A stretch of 64,000 nt of DNA, taken from positions 1,426,001-1,490,000 of the forward strand of contig CM039000.1 of NCBI GenBank assembly GCA_017499595.2, written 5' to 3'. A program made the translations under genes and the position numbers. The notes under the pieces were generated by a model. That model made no database searches, had not been told where the DNA came from, and saw only the letters and a program-made list of their open reading frames with translations. The first letter of the stretch is position 1; every line of letters begins with the position of its first letter. This document shows, in pieces, positions 50,336 to 63,180 of the stretch. The stretch comes from Psilocybe cubensis. Taxonomy: Eukaryota.

Positions 50336-51298
50336 TTATACCTCTTCACAGAGTCTACTGAGAAACTGGGGTTACTAAAAGAATACTTCCGTCCTCTATT
50401 TCGTTGACGAGTAACAGGTCATTTCGGAGAACTACAAGCTCCTCCGTATCATTATCAGGGATTTTGCTGAGGCACAAGGCCTGTCTTCGTTAAAAATGCC
50501 AGTGTCTATCAGTTTGTTTAATCGAACTCACTGGATTTCCGGGAAACGATAGATTTAGTTTAGCAACAAGTAAATCTAAGGCGCGCCCAGTTACCACATT
50601 CTACGTATTTCACAGTTGTTCGTAGAAAGGCACGTAATTGCAGGAATATGCACACCTTTCTGAGCCAAAAGACCTTTTCGCCCTCCTCAATTATGATTTT
50701 AACATGCAACCGTTCGTCAGGCGGTGGAGACGCATTTTTATCCTTGGGGTCTGCAGGAATTGCTCGGTGGCGCAATTTCATAACTTCCATTTTATGCCAT
50801 TGGGCCAATTTGACAGGATCAGTCGGAGGCTTGCTTTTTCGGATGGGTACTTTGGCACGAGAAGTGACCTTTTTCGGTTTCGTAGTAGCCGTTGTATTCG
50901 AGATAAAATATGGACAGTTATGTGTATCCTGATATCTATGTCTATATTAGTGGCATAAGTTGGTCGTACTATGCGTGTACCTAGTAGACAAAGACATACT
51001 GAGCACAAAACGCTTTATGGCATGCTGTACACGTTCCATTTTGTCCCTCAGTAATTACAAGGCTAGGCTTGCGGCAATCCTCCAAATCACATCGATGTGC
51101 TTGATCAGACTCAGAATTAGAATCAGTGGTAATCATGTTGGCTGCCAGAACAGGACACTTGTGGGCGTCTAAAGATCTGTGATCTGAACAGAATGCCTGC
51201 TGGCAGTGGGAACAGACAATCGGAAGAAAATCGCATAGGTCGCATGAGGGAAAGGAACATTGAGTACCAATGCGAAGGATAGTTGAGTCAGAGGTCAT
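50336..51298 (-). CDS. AN1-type zinc finger protein (Cuz1/ZFAND1-like)
   Basis: IGTQCSFPSCDLCDFLPIVCSHCQQAFCSDHRSLDAHKC; a second finger CTACHKAFCA..H; KLRHRAIPAD; C-terminal ubiquitin-like region (GRALDLLA). Confidence 0.85.
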
Positions 51299-51380
51299 GA
51301 CCGTAAACACGAAAGAGTATGGAGCTGTGCAACCGCAGCCCGCGATCAACTCTCCCTTCATCTTGCTTTCCACCATCACC

Positions 51381-52337
51381 ATGAACTTAATTGTACGTTC
51401 CCAAATATGCATTTCCCTCACACATTTCATGCTATTCGATCTAGGAAACCCTCTTTGGGCGCACTGTCACTCCGGCCGAACGGTTGAGACAGCACCAACG
51501 CTCTCTCACCAAAGCTCAACGCGAGCTTGACCGCGAACGAACTAAACTCGAGCAAAGCGAAAAGAAGCTTATCATGGATATAAAGAAGAGCGCCAAAGCC
51601 GGCCAGATTGTCGGTTCTGTTTTTTTCTACCTACGTTCTTCCTAGGGACTCATGATTTACTAGAATGCATGTAAAGTAATGGCCAAAGACCTCGTACGGA
51701 CACGACGTTATGTCCACAAGTTCTATCAAATGCGCACGCAGCTGCAGGCTGTCAGCCTTCGGATACAAACGCTAAGAAGCAACCAGCAGATGGCTGAGGC
51801 TATGAGGGGTGCTACTCGGGCAAGTCCTCAGATTGGTCAAAACACAGAAATCTAACCGAAACAACCAGGCGATGGCATCCATGAACCGAGGGCTAAATCT
51901 CCCTTCAATCCAACGCATCATGAATGACTTTGAGAAAGAAAGTGCGATGATGGACATGAAAGAAGAAATGATGTCCGATGCTGTCGATGATGTCATGGAC
52001 GACGAAGAGGAAGAGGAAGAGGAAGGCGACAGAATTTTGAAGGAGGTTTTAGATGAAATTGGCGTCGACTTATCCCAAAAAGTACGCACATTATCGTTCA
52101 AACATGGAATCAGTTTTCATTTACAATACTTTCTAGCTAACCGATGCCCCTGTTGGTATCGCTTCCACTGCATCCCCCCTTGCCAATAGGCAACCAGTGG
52201 CATTGGGTGAATCTGGCTCATTGTCAAGTTCTGCGCGTCCGAATACAGACCTCTCTGGAGGTGTCAGCTCTGTTGGAGCAGGGGCGAGTGACGAAGATGC
52301 TCTCCAAGCAAGATTGGATGCCCTGCGACGGGGTTAG
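51381..52337 (+). CDS. VPS2: ESCRT-III subunit Vps2/Did4 (CHMP2)
   Basis: LFGRTVTPAERLRQHQRSL, KVMAKDLVRTRRY, LQAVSLRIQTLRSNQQMAEAMRGATR|AMASMNRGLNLP and C-terminal MIM1 DALQARLDALRRG*. Confidence 0.95.
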
Positions 52338-52423
52338 AATAACAGGCAATACGCGTTGGCATTGTCAAACCCTATATATCTATTTTTTATATCCGTGCAA
52401 TTTTGATTTTGCGATACCCTTCT

Positions 52424-55263
52424 TCAAATCTTCAAACTAGCAATTGCTCTCGCCTCATGTGGCCCTATCTTCCACGATATACCGGATCCATTGTAAAATT
52501 CGTCGACATCTTCATCCTACAAACAACATTGAGCAGATTAACTGCAAGAAAAGAATTGGCCTTACTGCGTCTAAATTTAACAGTGTTGAAATCTGTTGTA
52601 ATCTTAAGAATTTTTCCCTAATATCACCAAAGGTTGTTTGCGAAGAAAGATACGCGATAATTGCCCTAAGGTCCCGGTCAAATCGCACAGCTCCAAGCTT
52701 GGAAATTGGAGGTAGGTCAAAAAGAAATTTTCACCAGAGTGTGAATATAGGTACTTACCTCCGTGTATTTCAAACTCATCACTGTCTTCTCCCAGGGTTT
52801 CAATAGTACATCAAGCACGAGCCCGATGAATAAACGGTAATTGGCTTCAGAAAATGTATCCTAAAATTGAATTCCAGTTAGTATATTGTCGGGATTATAA
52901 TAACTTGGTATCATTGCCTTGTATCCGTCAACCAAGGACTCCCACGTCTTTATAAACCGTTTGCGAGCCAAATCATGATAATCTGCTGTTGAGTATCCAT
53001 CTTCGTCCAAAACATACGAGATATCCTTGAAAATTTCTGGAATAAAATTTCGTAATTTAGGTCGAAGTAGTTGGTTGAAAAGTTGTTCAATGCCGGACTG
53101 GAGGAACGAGAGCTAAGTCAGAATATGATGAAGATATTTCATATCCACCTCTCACTCTTAAAGATGACTTCAATCTATTTGTTAAAGAAGACAGGCCTGT
53201 AACTTGTTCTTTAACAAGTGCCTGACTTTCTTCAGTGAAATGTTGAGGAATCAAGGAACTTTCTACTAGGTCGTGAATCAATCGTTCCAGATGAGACGTT
53301 GATACATCAAAATCGTTCAAAAGAATCTGACGATGTATCAGAATAAATTGCGTTATGACGAGGACCCAGTAACTGACTATGAATGAATTTCTATTTTCCC
53401 TCTCGGCTCTGTCTGGTCTTGCACCCGAGGGTGCAGGACCTTGACTCTTGTAAACATCATCCAGTTTTCTTTTGATGACACCTATATAATCACGGTCGAT
53501 GACTTCACGAATTTGTTGTAACGTTTTCTCAACTGCACCAAGAGACCCTGTAGTCATTAACCGTGCGGTAACAGATTTCAAGATATAGAAAACGTCATCA
53601 GGTGCTGTGGTGATTACTGGACTTTGCGATAGATCAGGAGTGGAAAGTCTGTGGGCCTGTAAAAGATTCAGAAGGTTAACGCTTTCATCAACGGGACACA
53701 TACCTTATCTATTATAGTGCGAGTATACCATATTTCCATAGGAATGTAATATATTGTGGTCAAGTGCTCAAATAGTTTGTTTGATTCGGTAGAGTTGATA
53801 GGATCAAATTGAACAGGCGGGCTATGTTTTTCATTCACAATAGCTGCAGCTTCTGCCCCATCTTCATTGGTACTACCAACATTTCCCTAAACGATGACAA
53901 TAACAGATGATAAATGACGGGGTATGTTGGAAGACAAAGTAAAAACCTTTAGTGACTCTGACAGAAATTTCTTGAACAGGTTCCATCGACCCAACATCCC
54001 AGCAAGTTCCGACAAAACCTTGTCTATCTCACGAGGATCGACGGCATTGTCTTCAGCGGGCCTACGCAAGGAAGAATATAGCGGCATTGGTGGATTATTT
54101 GAGACCTCAGTTAGCTAATAGACAGTTCGTTGAGATCATATCCTCAAATGGTGTATACAAAAAAGTACCTTGCGCTGCATTGATCTATCCTCTTCCCAAC
54201 CGTTGATCAAGCTTTTTGTTACCCTGTCACTTTCTTCGAGCAGACGACGGACAACATTCTGCATTTTACCGGGGCCATAGTATTTTTCTACTACTGGCTG
54301 ATGTTGATCTACTATCATGGCGATACTTTCGAATAAAGATGTCAGGGCTGTGATATAATATAGGGGCGATGAAGCTGAAGCACATTGTTGTTAGCTGCAA
54401 TTTAAGTCAAGAAACAGTATATTTCACATTTTGCGCTGGCCGGTGACCTTACCCGGACAAGTTCCACCACAAATGATGCGTATGCTTCGAGACCCTCATC
54501 TTCCCAGCCAATCGCGGGAAATAACTTGAAGAAACGACTTGTTGCGTTCGAATCGCGTGCACGAGAGGCTTCTTGAAACTTTTCACGAAAAACAGATAAT
54601 AAGGTTTCCCTGGCGGCTTGTAGAGTCTGTGGGGGAGGTAGATGGCTTTCTGACGTTGGCTGAGTGGTCGAATGAGAAGCCATACGCGTCAACATGAGGT
54701 AGGAATGCATGACGAACCACTGCTATTTCTGCAAATGGGCCAGCTATTACGTCCAGAGGAAGAGCCATAGCCCTTGCACAATGCCTAGCAGCAGACTCCC
54801 AGTCTTGGGACTCAATGGATGTTTGTAGAGCTAAAAGAGAGGCCTAAACGATGTCAGTACAATCTCGTAGTGTCCAGATACGTAAAAAGGCATGCACCTT
54901 GAGTTCCATAACTTGGCCAACACGATCTCCTGCTTCTCTGACGCGTCCCATTTCCTCGTCAAGAGATCTAACACGACTACCAACCCTCTCCGCTGTCTTT
55001 GCTGTATTGGAGACCCTATCTGAGAGCAGAGCGGCGTCCACTTGCAATTCATCGAGTTGGGGAATGAGAGACTCCAAACGAGCCAATGACGAGATTATGG
55101 GTTCTTTGTCCTTTAACAACTGTGTTAGAGAACTGGAAAGTTCTGCTTCTTCTGATTGAAATGCGGAGAGACACGATAGAATGTCTGTTAAGTTGGTTAG
55201 ACTCCTAGGGTTCGGGCGGTGAACCTGATCTGCAGAGTTTGATGGAGTGTCTAGTGTGGCCAT
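52424..55263 (-). CDS. COG4: Conserved oligomeric Golgi complex subunit 4
   Basis: TAERVGSRVRSLDEEMGRV, SRFFKLFPAIGWEDEGLEAY, HQPVVEKYYGPG, DDVFYILK and LGAVRFDRDLRAI...REKFLRLQQI match COG4; many introns. Confidence 0.9.
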
Positions 55264-55612
55264 GTTACCGACAAAACATTGGCCTCGCGGTTGTAGTGTA
55301 GAGCAGGTTCGCCAATGGTATAGTAGAAGCTGAAGCGCTGAGGCCTGATAGAGACAAACTGTTGACTTCTGACTAGTTCTGAGCGTGTTCAAACTTGGTT
55401 CATTGAAGCGTATAGACCCGCTAGATAAGCGAGAATGACGGATCCATTTATGGACAGCAAATAAAGTACAGTTTCATTGTTCTACATTCGATACTACATA
55501 ACTGACAACAATCTTGGACTTTAACCCAAGTATTTATATGGCTGATTACATCTACAATTCGGTTTGTCTGTTATGGTCATATCGTGTCAAGGTAGTATGG
55601 TATAAACATATC

Positions 55613-58600
55613 TCAAAGTCCAGTCCAGGAAAAGGATTCCTTAGATTCAAAAGTGTCGTTCAAAACCATGTTATCGCTGCTGGGGCCAATGTGGATTCCA
55701 TACTTTCCTGCAGCGATTTTCCAGGAGTTGGTGGTCTCGTCCCAGAATGAAAAGGCGTATTTATCTAGAGTGATATTAACCTGCGTCGACGCCTTGCTTT
55801 CGATATTATGTGCTTTGGCAAAACCCTTGAGTTGCAACTTCGGTGTAGTAAGCCCAATATCGGGAAAGGACACGTAGAGCTGAACGACCTCCGAGCCAGA
55901 GATGTCACCTTCGTTCTTAACTGTCACGCCCACATCCAATTGGAGAGTATCCGGGTCTGTATATGGAGTGAGATGATTGATCACAAGATCTGAAAGGGAG
56001 AAACTGGTGTAGGATAAGCCGAATCTGTACATATCAAATATGTGTTAGATAAAATAGATGTGAGATTGATTTTTAGCGTACCCAAAGGGGAACAGAGGTT
56101 TAACTCCCCGCGCCTGATAATGCTTGTACCCAACGAACAAATCCTCACGATAACTTCAGGGGATACTAAATTAGCAGAATACACATTGTTTTTGCGTAGA
56201 GCAATTACTTACTGAATCTTTGCATTCTCGCTGCGGTCGTTGAGATATGCCGGTATGTCCTCGATGCGCACAGGCAATGTCAAAGGTAAACGACCACTTG
56301 GGTTGACCTTTCCATATAGAATGTCTGCAATGCCATTTCCAGACTCGTTTCCGGAGTACCAGGTTTGAAGCAACCCCCCCACTTTGTCGACCCAAGGCAT
56401 AGAGACAGCAGATCCCTAAGAATATAATTAAGCACGTAAACTGATATGTTTCGTGGTTAGACGTACCGCTTGGATGCAGGCTACTGTCCTTGAGTTTGCT
56501 TCGGCAACTCGCGCGAACAACTCATCTTGTCGTCCAGGTAGTTTCAGAGATGGGCGATCAAATCCTTCACTCTCCCATTCCGGTGTTAATCCGCCAACGA
56601 GAACAACAGCATCGACAGATTTGGCAAGAGCGACTGCTTCATCGATAGCTTTGTCCTCATCGATCTTTTCACACCCTCCCAGACGCTGTTTCGGTTGATT
56701 AGTATAGAGTGTAGAGACCAGACTTCAAGTTACTACTGACCACTCCACGCATCAGGGCGGGCTGTGACAAACGGCCTTCGCCGTTTTCGTCGTCGCCGTC
56801 CGGGGGAGGAGTGTTAGTGTACAAAACGAGAACATCCACAGATTGTCCAGCATTGAGGTTGATTGTGGCTTTTTCTTCGATAGTGCCTTGTCTGACCAAC
56901 ACAGTTGAGTATTTCTTTTTATTACAATGAAAAATGCACATACCCGTAGAAAAAATCTCCGGGAGTTTGCTTTGTCCAGTTATCGATGAGAAGAGAGCCG
57001 TTGATCCACAGCTTTGCCCGCCCTGTCGTCAATATACTCATTTATTAGACAAAATTTGAATTTTAAGTGTAATGGATTTACCGGCCACTGTCAAACCTAG
57101 CTCGAACAGACACGTCTTATCGATAGTTAATTTGCCTTCAAGCTTGATCGACCAAGTAGGTGTTAATCCTTTTGGCAAAAAATCATTCAGCTTGACTCTG
57201 GTATCGTTAAGAGTAAATTGTTGAACTGGATTGGCGATTTCTCCGTTCTCGTCATGGGAGAAAAATGTACAAAGCCATCCGGGTTCACCACGAGGGGTCT
57301 TCAGGTTGGCCTCCAATGTAGGAAGATATTTGTGTGCTGGATAACGGAGTCACTATCATTGAATTTAAGCGCAATATGGTTATATGATAAATATTCACCA
57401 TAGCATCCGACGTGGTACTGAATAGTGGAATCGGGATGTGCACCATCGTTTATTCCAGTCCAAGGGGTGACAACGTAAGTGGCCTTGAGTTGGGCAGATC
57501 CACCACCAGATATAACGCGTTCTTTGACACTTGGGCCAATAATGGCAATATTCAACGGTTTCTCTTGACTGAATGGGAGAAGGTTGTCATTGTTTTTCAA
57601 GAGCACGATTCCCTCGGCTGCTAATGCTCTACAAAATTGTCTTCCTTCTGGTGTATCTCGCGACCGTTCAGCACCATCGCCAAAGACTATCTCGGGGTTT
57701 TTCCGGGCTTGTTTCTGGACGAAGGTGAGGAGGTTCGTCACACGTTCGTCGATAGTGGACTGTGCCAGTTTCTTCGCGGACAGGCAGTGCAAAACCAAAG
57801 TACTGGTTCTCCACCGAGGTGGTCCTGGCATTTCTAGATCCAAGCCAGCATTGATTGGTTGATCCACACCATATGTCCCGAACCTTCACAGGAAGAAGTA
57901 AGATCAGTAACGTGATAAGGCATGAACACACACACAAAACAAAACAAATACCAGTCACTGATGACGATGCCATTGAATTTCCATTCTTTGCGCAGTATGT
58001 TTGTCAGGAGCTCCTTATTCTCGGAACAATGCACTCCACTGATACGACCGTATCTGTGAGAAGTAACTTAGATTTTTCTTGCTTCTTTCAATCATTGATA
58101 GGGATGCTATGTACGATGTCATGAAAGCACCAGGTTTAGCATGCTTTTGTGCCAGCATGAATCTATAGGTATATTAGAATGCAGAAATGCAGATTGAATA
58201 AGGACTGACGGATAAAGGTAAATTTCACGCAGCGCTCTGTCGGACATGACTGATTCAACAGCTGTACGCTCATCTTCTTGATCATTAGCAACAAAGTGCT
58301 TGATCGCTGTGATTTCCAAGCGGTGAGCTCGATATACAGGAAAAAGATGAAATAAGCGAACTGGCAGCAACACCCTGCGATTGAAGACCGTTGACGTACG
58401 CGGCGGCCAATGTGCCTGATATAGACCATCAGATGAGATACGAGATCTGCGCGGTGCGTGCCAATTCACTAACCTGATAGATGGGGATCCTCTGAGAAAG
58501 ATTCAAAAGATCGTCCACCCAAAGGCGTTCGTTGAATGTTGCATGTCGGTGCCAAAAGAATCACAGAAGATTTGAGTTTAGCCTCTTGTGCTAGGAAGAC

Positions 58601-58972
58601 ACCGACACGTTTGACTAGACCCGGGTCAAACGTAGAAGCAAGCGCAGTCGCACACTACATCGCAGGCATTATAGAGCTTATATTAATCTAAGAAAAGCAT
58701 TGTGTGCGTACAGGCAAACATTGCGCGGGTGTCGGGACAAAATGGGAGGAACCGCGTACACCCTTTGCGAAGAAGTGAGTGTTTTTTCATAAGCCGCACG
58801 AGTTTGAAATACCGACGTTAGGACCATCGCTCATTCGAATGGACGGTATGCCTAGTCTTTCAATGGTGGTCGTATTCCACCAATTAGGAGCACCGAGAAG
58901 GGAGATTTTCTCGTCGACTCTGAGTTTTTTGACTAGATCTGGAATAGAAGCATCGAGAAAGGTCCTGGACAT
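55613..58972 (-). CDS. Glycoside hydrolase family 3 beta-glucosidase with PA14 and Fn3-like domains, no signal peptide
   Basis: LGIPSIRMSDGPNG, GGRSFESFSEDP, IKHFVANDQE, nucleophile VISDW, AGLDLEMPGP, GIVLLKN, EWESEGFDR, NPSGRLPLT, FPFGFGLSYTSF and QLKGFAK. Confidence 0.95.
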
Positions 58973-59092
58973 GGTGGGGATTGAGGGGTTGGGAACATTG
59001 TCGAGAAAGTGGTTTATATACGGACAAAATTCGGTGACCGGGTCATGGTCGGGTTGAAGTCGTTTGCCGCGTATTTCCTAATCTAATCTCTC

Positions 59093-59780
59093 ATGGCCGA
59101 TTCTCAGCTCACTAACCACCTACGTCCAAACGACGACGCAACTCTCACCGTCCGCGTTATAAAGTCCTTCAAGTTCAGGACAGAACGCAGCCTTGTTCTG
59201 CATCATATCGATCTCAACACCACCACCGTCGCTCAGCTCAAAGAACTTGCGAAGCAAGGTTTGTCCTTTGCTCGCCCCACAACCCCTCCGATATATTTAA
59301 CTGCAGTCTCGATTAGCGGTGGCCACGCAGCCGGGATGGAAGCCGTATCGTAACGTTTCTCTCGGTGAGTTCGTCGAGCACTGTATTCGGCACGGATCTC
59401 ATTGCGTTGTAGACACGTTAAAGCTCTACACGAAGGCGCACGGCGCTAAGGTCCGTCCAAATATTTGTAATGCTGGCCATGCTCTCGAAAGGTTTGGTTA
59501 GACTTCAAATCTCATCATCAATTTGGACCACGACGATTGGATACTACGTGATGAAGAGAAATCTCTGGCAGAAGCAGGTTTCGGTGAGTGCAAGGTGTTC
59601 TAGTGTCCGAAACACTCTCACATATTTGTTTGTTCCAATCAGAGAACGAGACCGAGGTCAGCTTCTTCAACCTCAATGACTACGAAGAATTTAAGCTAAA
59701 TCCCGAGGTAAGAAATTTACTTCCATATCCACTTCAAAATACTTCTCAGTCTATGACTGCAGACTAGCTGGGATGTGTAA
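59093..59780 (+). CDS. AIM29: AIM29/C2orf76-like (UPF0538) ubiquitin-fold protein
   Basis: ATLTVRVIKSFKFRTER, DTLKLYTKAHGAK|TSNLIINLDHDDW and ENETEVSFFN...FKLNPE; five introns; stop TAA 59778-59780. Confidence 0.8.
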
Positions 59781-59924
59781 TTGCGTATAGGTATTATATG
59801 GCATGTATACACCGATGTAGCAGAAGGGGGAATCTAAAAAATGCGATACATGACGTGACGAAAGGGAATGAAAAACACAACATAGAAATGAGAATATGGA
59901 ACGTAAAAAAGTCTTAATCACAAT

Positions 59925-61413
59925 CTACTGGTTAGCGCATTGTACGCGGGGCTCCTCGTGGTCTTCATCCATCGCATCGTCGTGCATCGCACCACGTGCC
60001 GCCTTCGTATCCGTCTCGTCCAAAGAAACTTCTTCGATGAGGATGTTTTTGTCGAACTTCTCCACAGGCTTTCGGGGAGGAAGAGCTTTTTCAAGGAGGG
60101 GAATGGCAGCAAGGTCAATGGAGTCTGGGAATTTGACAGATAGCTTGACGTATAGGTCGCCGGGTTCGTGGTGTCGTTGGGAGGGCATGCCTTGACCATG
60201 GATGACTTTGAGCTCATCTACAAAAAATGAAAGCTTAGAGATGTGAAACAATCAACATATGTGCATCCTACCATTCTTGATCACCTCTCCGGGTTCGATG
60301 TTAACGAGGAGAGCACGATCATCAAGATGCTTGATGGCAAATTGTCCTCCTGCAAGGGCAGTCAAAAGGTCAACCTCGACTTCAATAACGAGATCATTTT
60401 CTTGACGGCGGAAGCGCTCGTGAGGTTTCTCCTCTATCACAATCACAACGTCCCCTGGCTCTGCGTTCGGTGACTGGTCACTTTCCCCACGGAATTGAAT
60501 AGTCTGGCCTCCTTTCATGCCCTTGTCGATGTGAACCTCAAGGAACTTCTTTTCGGGTAGAACCTTCTTCCCTTTGCAATTTGTACACCGATCTTTGGCA
60601 TTGATAATTTCTCCTGTGCCCGAACATTCGTCGCAAGGTGACTGGATTTGTTGAATCATGGGACCCATCTGCCGGAGAGTGACCTTGATACCACGTCCAC
60701 TACATGTGTGGCAGGTCCGCACAGCGCCTTCCTTGCCACCCTTTCCTTTACATTTGCTGCAGATCACGTTCCTTGTCAAAGCGAGTTTGGTTGTCTTTCC
60801 TTTGTACAGATCTTCGAGAGTGACGTTAACGCGATGGACGAGATCCTTTGTCTTGCGAGGACCTTGAGATCTGCCTCCGCCTCCTCCCCCGAAGAAACCG
60901 CCACCGCCACCACCAAACAGTTGACTGAAGAGATCCTGTGACAAAGAGTATTATTTATTGAGTACGTCACCCTGACCGGATGGACGAAGGGCGCACCTGA
61001 GGATCCATTCCTCCCATTCCGCCTTGCTCTGACAAACCAGCTTTTCCTCTAGCATCATAAATTTGCCTTTTATCGGGATCGGAGAGAATTTCATAGCTGT
61101 GATCGGGAGCATGAGAATGAACTAGAACGGAGAAAGCAAGCGCTGCCACTCACGCGTGTGTCACTTCTTTGAACAACTCGGGATCTCCTCCCTTGTCGGG
61201 GTGCAGCCTGAGAGCCCTAAGAGGGAGGAAGTCTAGATAAGTAACCAAGGAGGACATATGACGATTAGAAGACCTACTTTTTGCGATAGGCCTTCTTCAA
61301 CTCGGACTCAGACGCTGTTGGGGGAACCTCAAGAAGATCATAGTACTCTCTGCAATAGGTGAGACGGGTGAGCGATTTAAAGAGCAGAAAGGCGCTCACG
61401 TTTCGCGAACCAT
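59925..61413 (-). CDS. YDJ1: Type I Hsp40 co-chaperone (Ydj1/Mas5)
   Basis: J-domain with LHPDKGGDPE; G/F-rich region; four CxxCxGxG-type repeats; C-terminal CaaX VQCANQ. Confidence 0.95.
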
Positions 61414-61558
61414 TGTGAAGTGGGGAAAGGTAAGAGGGAATAATGTGGATGAGCGTATAGAACAGAGTCTGCTTTTGACTAATTATGACAAAAAATTTGA
61501 TGATCGTTCTACAAGCATCTACAACTTTCTACACGACTTGACTAATCGGGCAACCGCC

Positions 61559-62990
61559 TCAATCCGCACTTACATCCTTGTACACATCAAATCGCCGCTG
61601 CACCGTCACTGGTATTCCTGCCCGTGTCTCCTTCAGCACCTCGGGCACTGCAATTACATACATTCAGCCCCTTTCTGCACTGGGAAGTCTTTCAGACTTA
61701 CTGATGTCTGCATACACGATTTCTTCGCCTTCCTGTGCTTCGCACAGCTTCGCTCCCCTGTTATCAGTTAGTTACAGTAAGGCAGTGTGCAAAAATCATG
61801 TCACCAACATCGGGTCCACAACCATTGAGTGTCCCCACTGCAGCTAATTCGTTAGCAGTTCAACTCATTACCGGGTTTGCACCTACCGCATGATATCCAG
61901 CAGTCATGTCTCGAGCAGGACTGCACATAGACATAAACACCTGGTTATCAATGGCTCTGTTCACGATGGTTATTCTATAGTTGTATATCCCCGGGTTGAA
62001 CGGACAAACCTGCTGCGCTGCAAGAGTTCCCAGTGCAGTGGACCAGTTGTCAGATTGAAAGCGCCCGGGTAAATCAGTACATGGCAGCCTGGGCCGTGAT
62101 GAGTACCCTACTTGAACACAAAACAACAGGGCAATACCTTTTCGTGCCGCAATCATCGCCATTTCTGGGAAGCGGATGTCATAACATATTCCGAGCCCGA
62201 TTCTGGCAAATTCTGGATGGGGCAACGTTAGTCGAGCTCTTTAAGATGGTTACAATTTCATACCTGTATCAAAGTGGTTGAGCGTTGTGCCTCCCGTCAG
62301 CGTCTCGCTCTCCTAGTCATGATGTCTCGTCTTAATTTGGCTTTCCTCTTCTGACACTGCATCTAACCTTGAATTTGATCTTTCCTGGAATGTCAATATC
62401 GAAAAGATGGACTTTGCGATGCATTGCGACAAGATCGCCTGGAGTTTGTTGACATTAATAACAAGTCGAACCAGAAAGTCGCAAACGCACCATTAGGATT
62501 GTATACAGTACAGGTATTATAGATCTTATCGTCTGTAGCATCTCGTTCTGGGATCGAACCTGTGGTTTAATTTAATTGTATATCTGTGCGATCGCGAGTG
62601 AATTCACGACTCGCACCTCCAATCAACCACGTCTTCAGCTCTTTCGCTACCGAAGAAAGCATCTTCACACTTTCGCTCGAACTGTTGGCGGCATCGTACG
62701 CAGTCCCTGGTACATATCCTATGTTCTCCGCGTAGACTGGGAAGTGTGTATGTCCATAGGGCGAATTGAAGCATTCCTAATGATATGACAAACAATAAAA
62801 TACCCGAGCCCCCAAGGTCATGTCAACATACAGGCAATACGATTAGATCAGGTTTTTTGGTGTGTCCTTGCCCGGTGGCAGCTTTAAGAATCATCTCGCG
62901 AGCATGTAGCAGATTCTCTACTTTGTTGGATCCGACTTGTCCAAGCTGAATTAATGCGAGAGTGAAAGCTTTAAAAGATGGGATTGGCAT
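61559..62990 (-). CDS. Carbon-nitrogen hydrolase, omega-amidase Nit3/NIT2-like
   Basis: Catalytic triad motifs [24 protein letters not shown] and [36 protein letters not shown]. The 3' end is uncertain because a GTAAGT near 61570 could be a donor. Confidence 0.9.
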
Positions 62991-63180
62991 AATGGCTTGC
63001 TATGTTCAGTAGCGAACTCCCAGAGGGGATTTTGAATATCCGATATTGAGAGGCCACCTGTTGTGACGGGGCGTGAGAGTCCCGGCACACTTCGAACCTC
63101 AGAAAGACTGGCTAAAATATGTCTATTCAAGGTCGAACTTCTACACTACTCTAACTACGTCTTTTATACCTTTCTACCTA

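Noticed and set aside
51299-51430. N-terminal extension of the AN1 zinc-finger ORF overlapping VPS2 exon 1
   Set aside because: Family homology begins right after Met at 51298. The extension is probably a chance open frame across the promoter.
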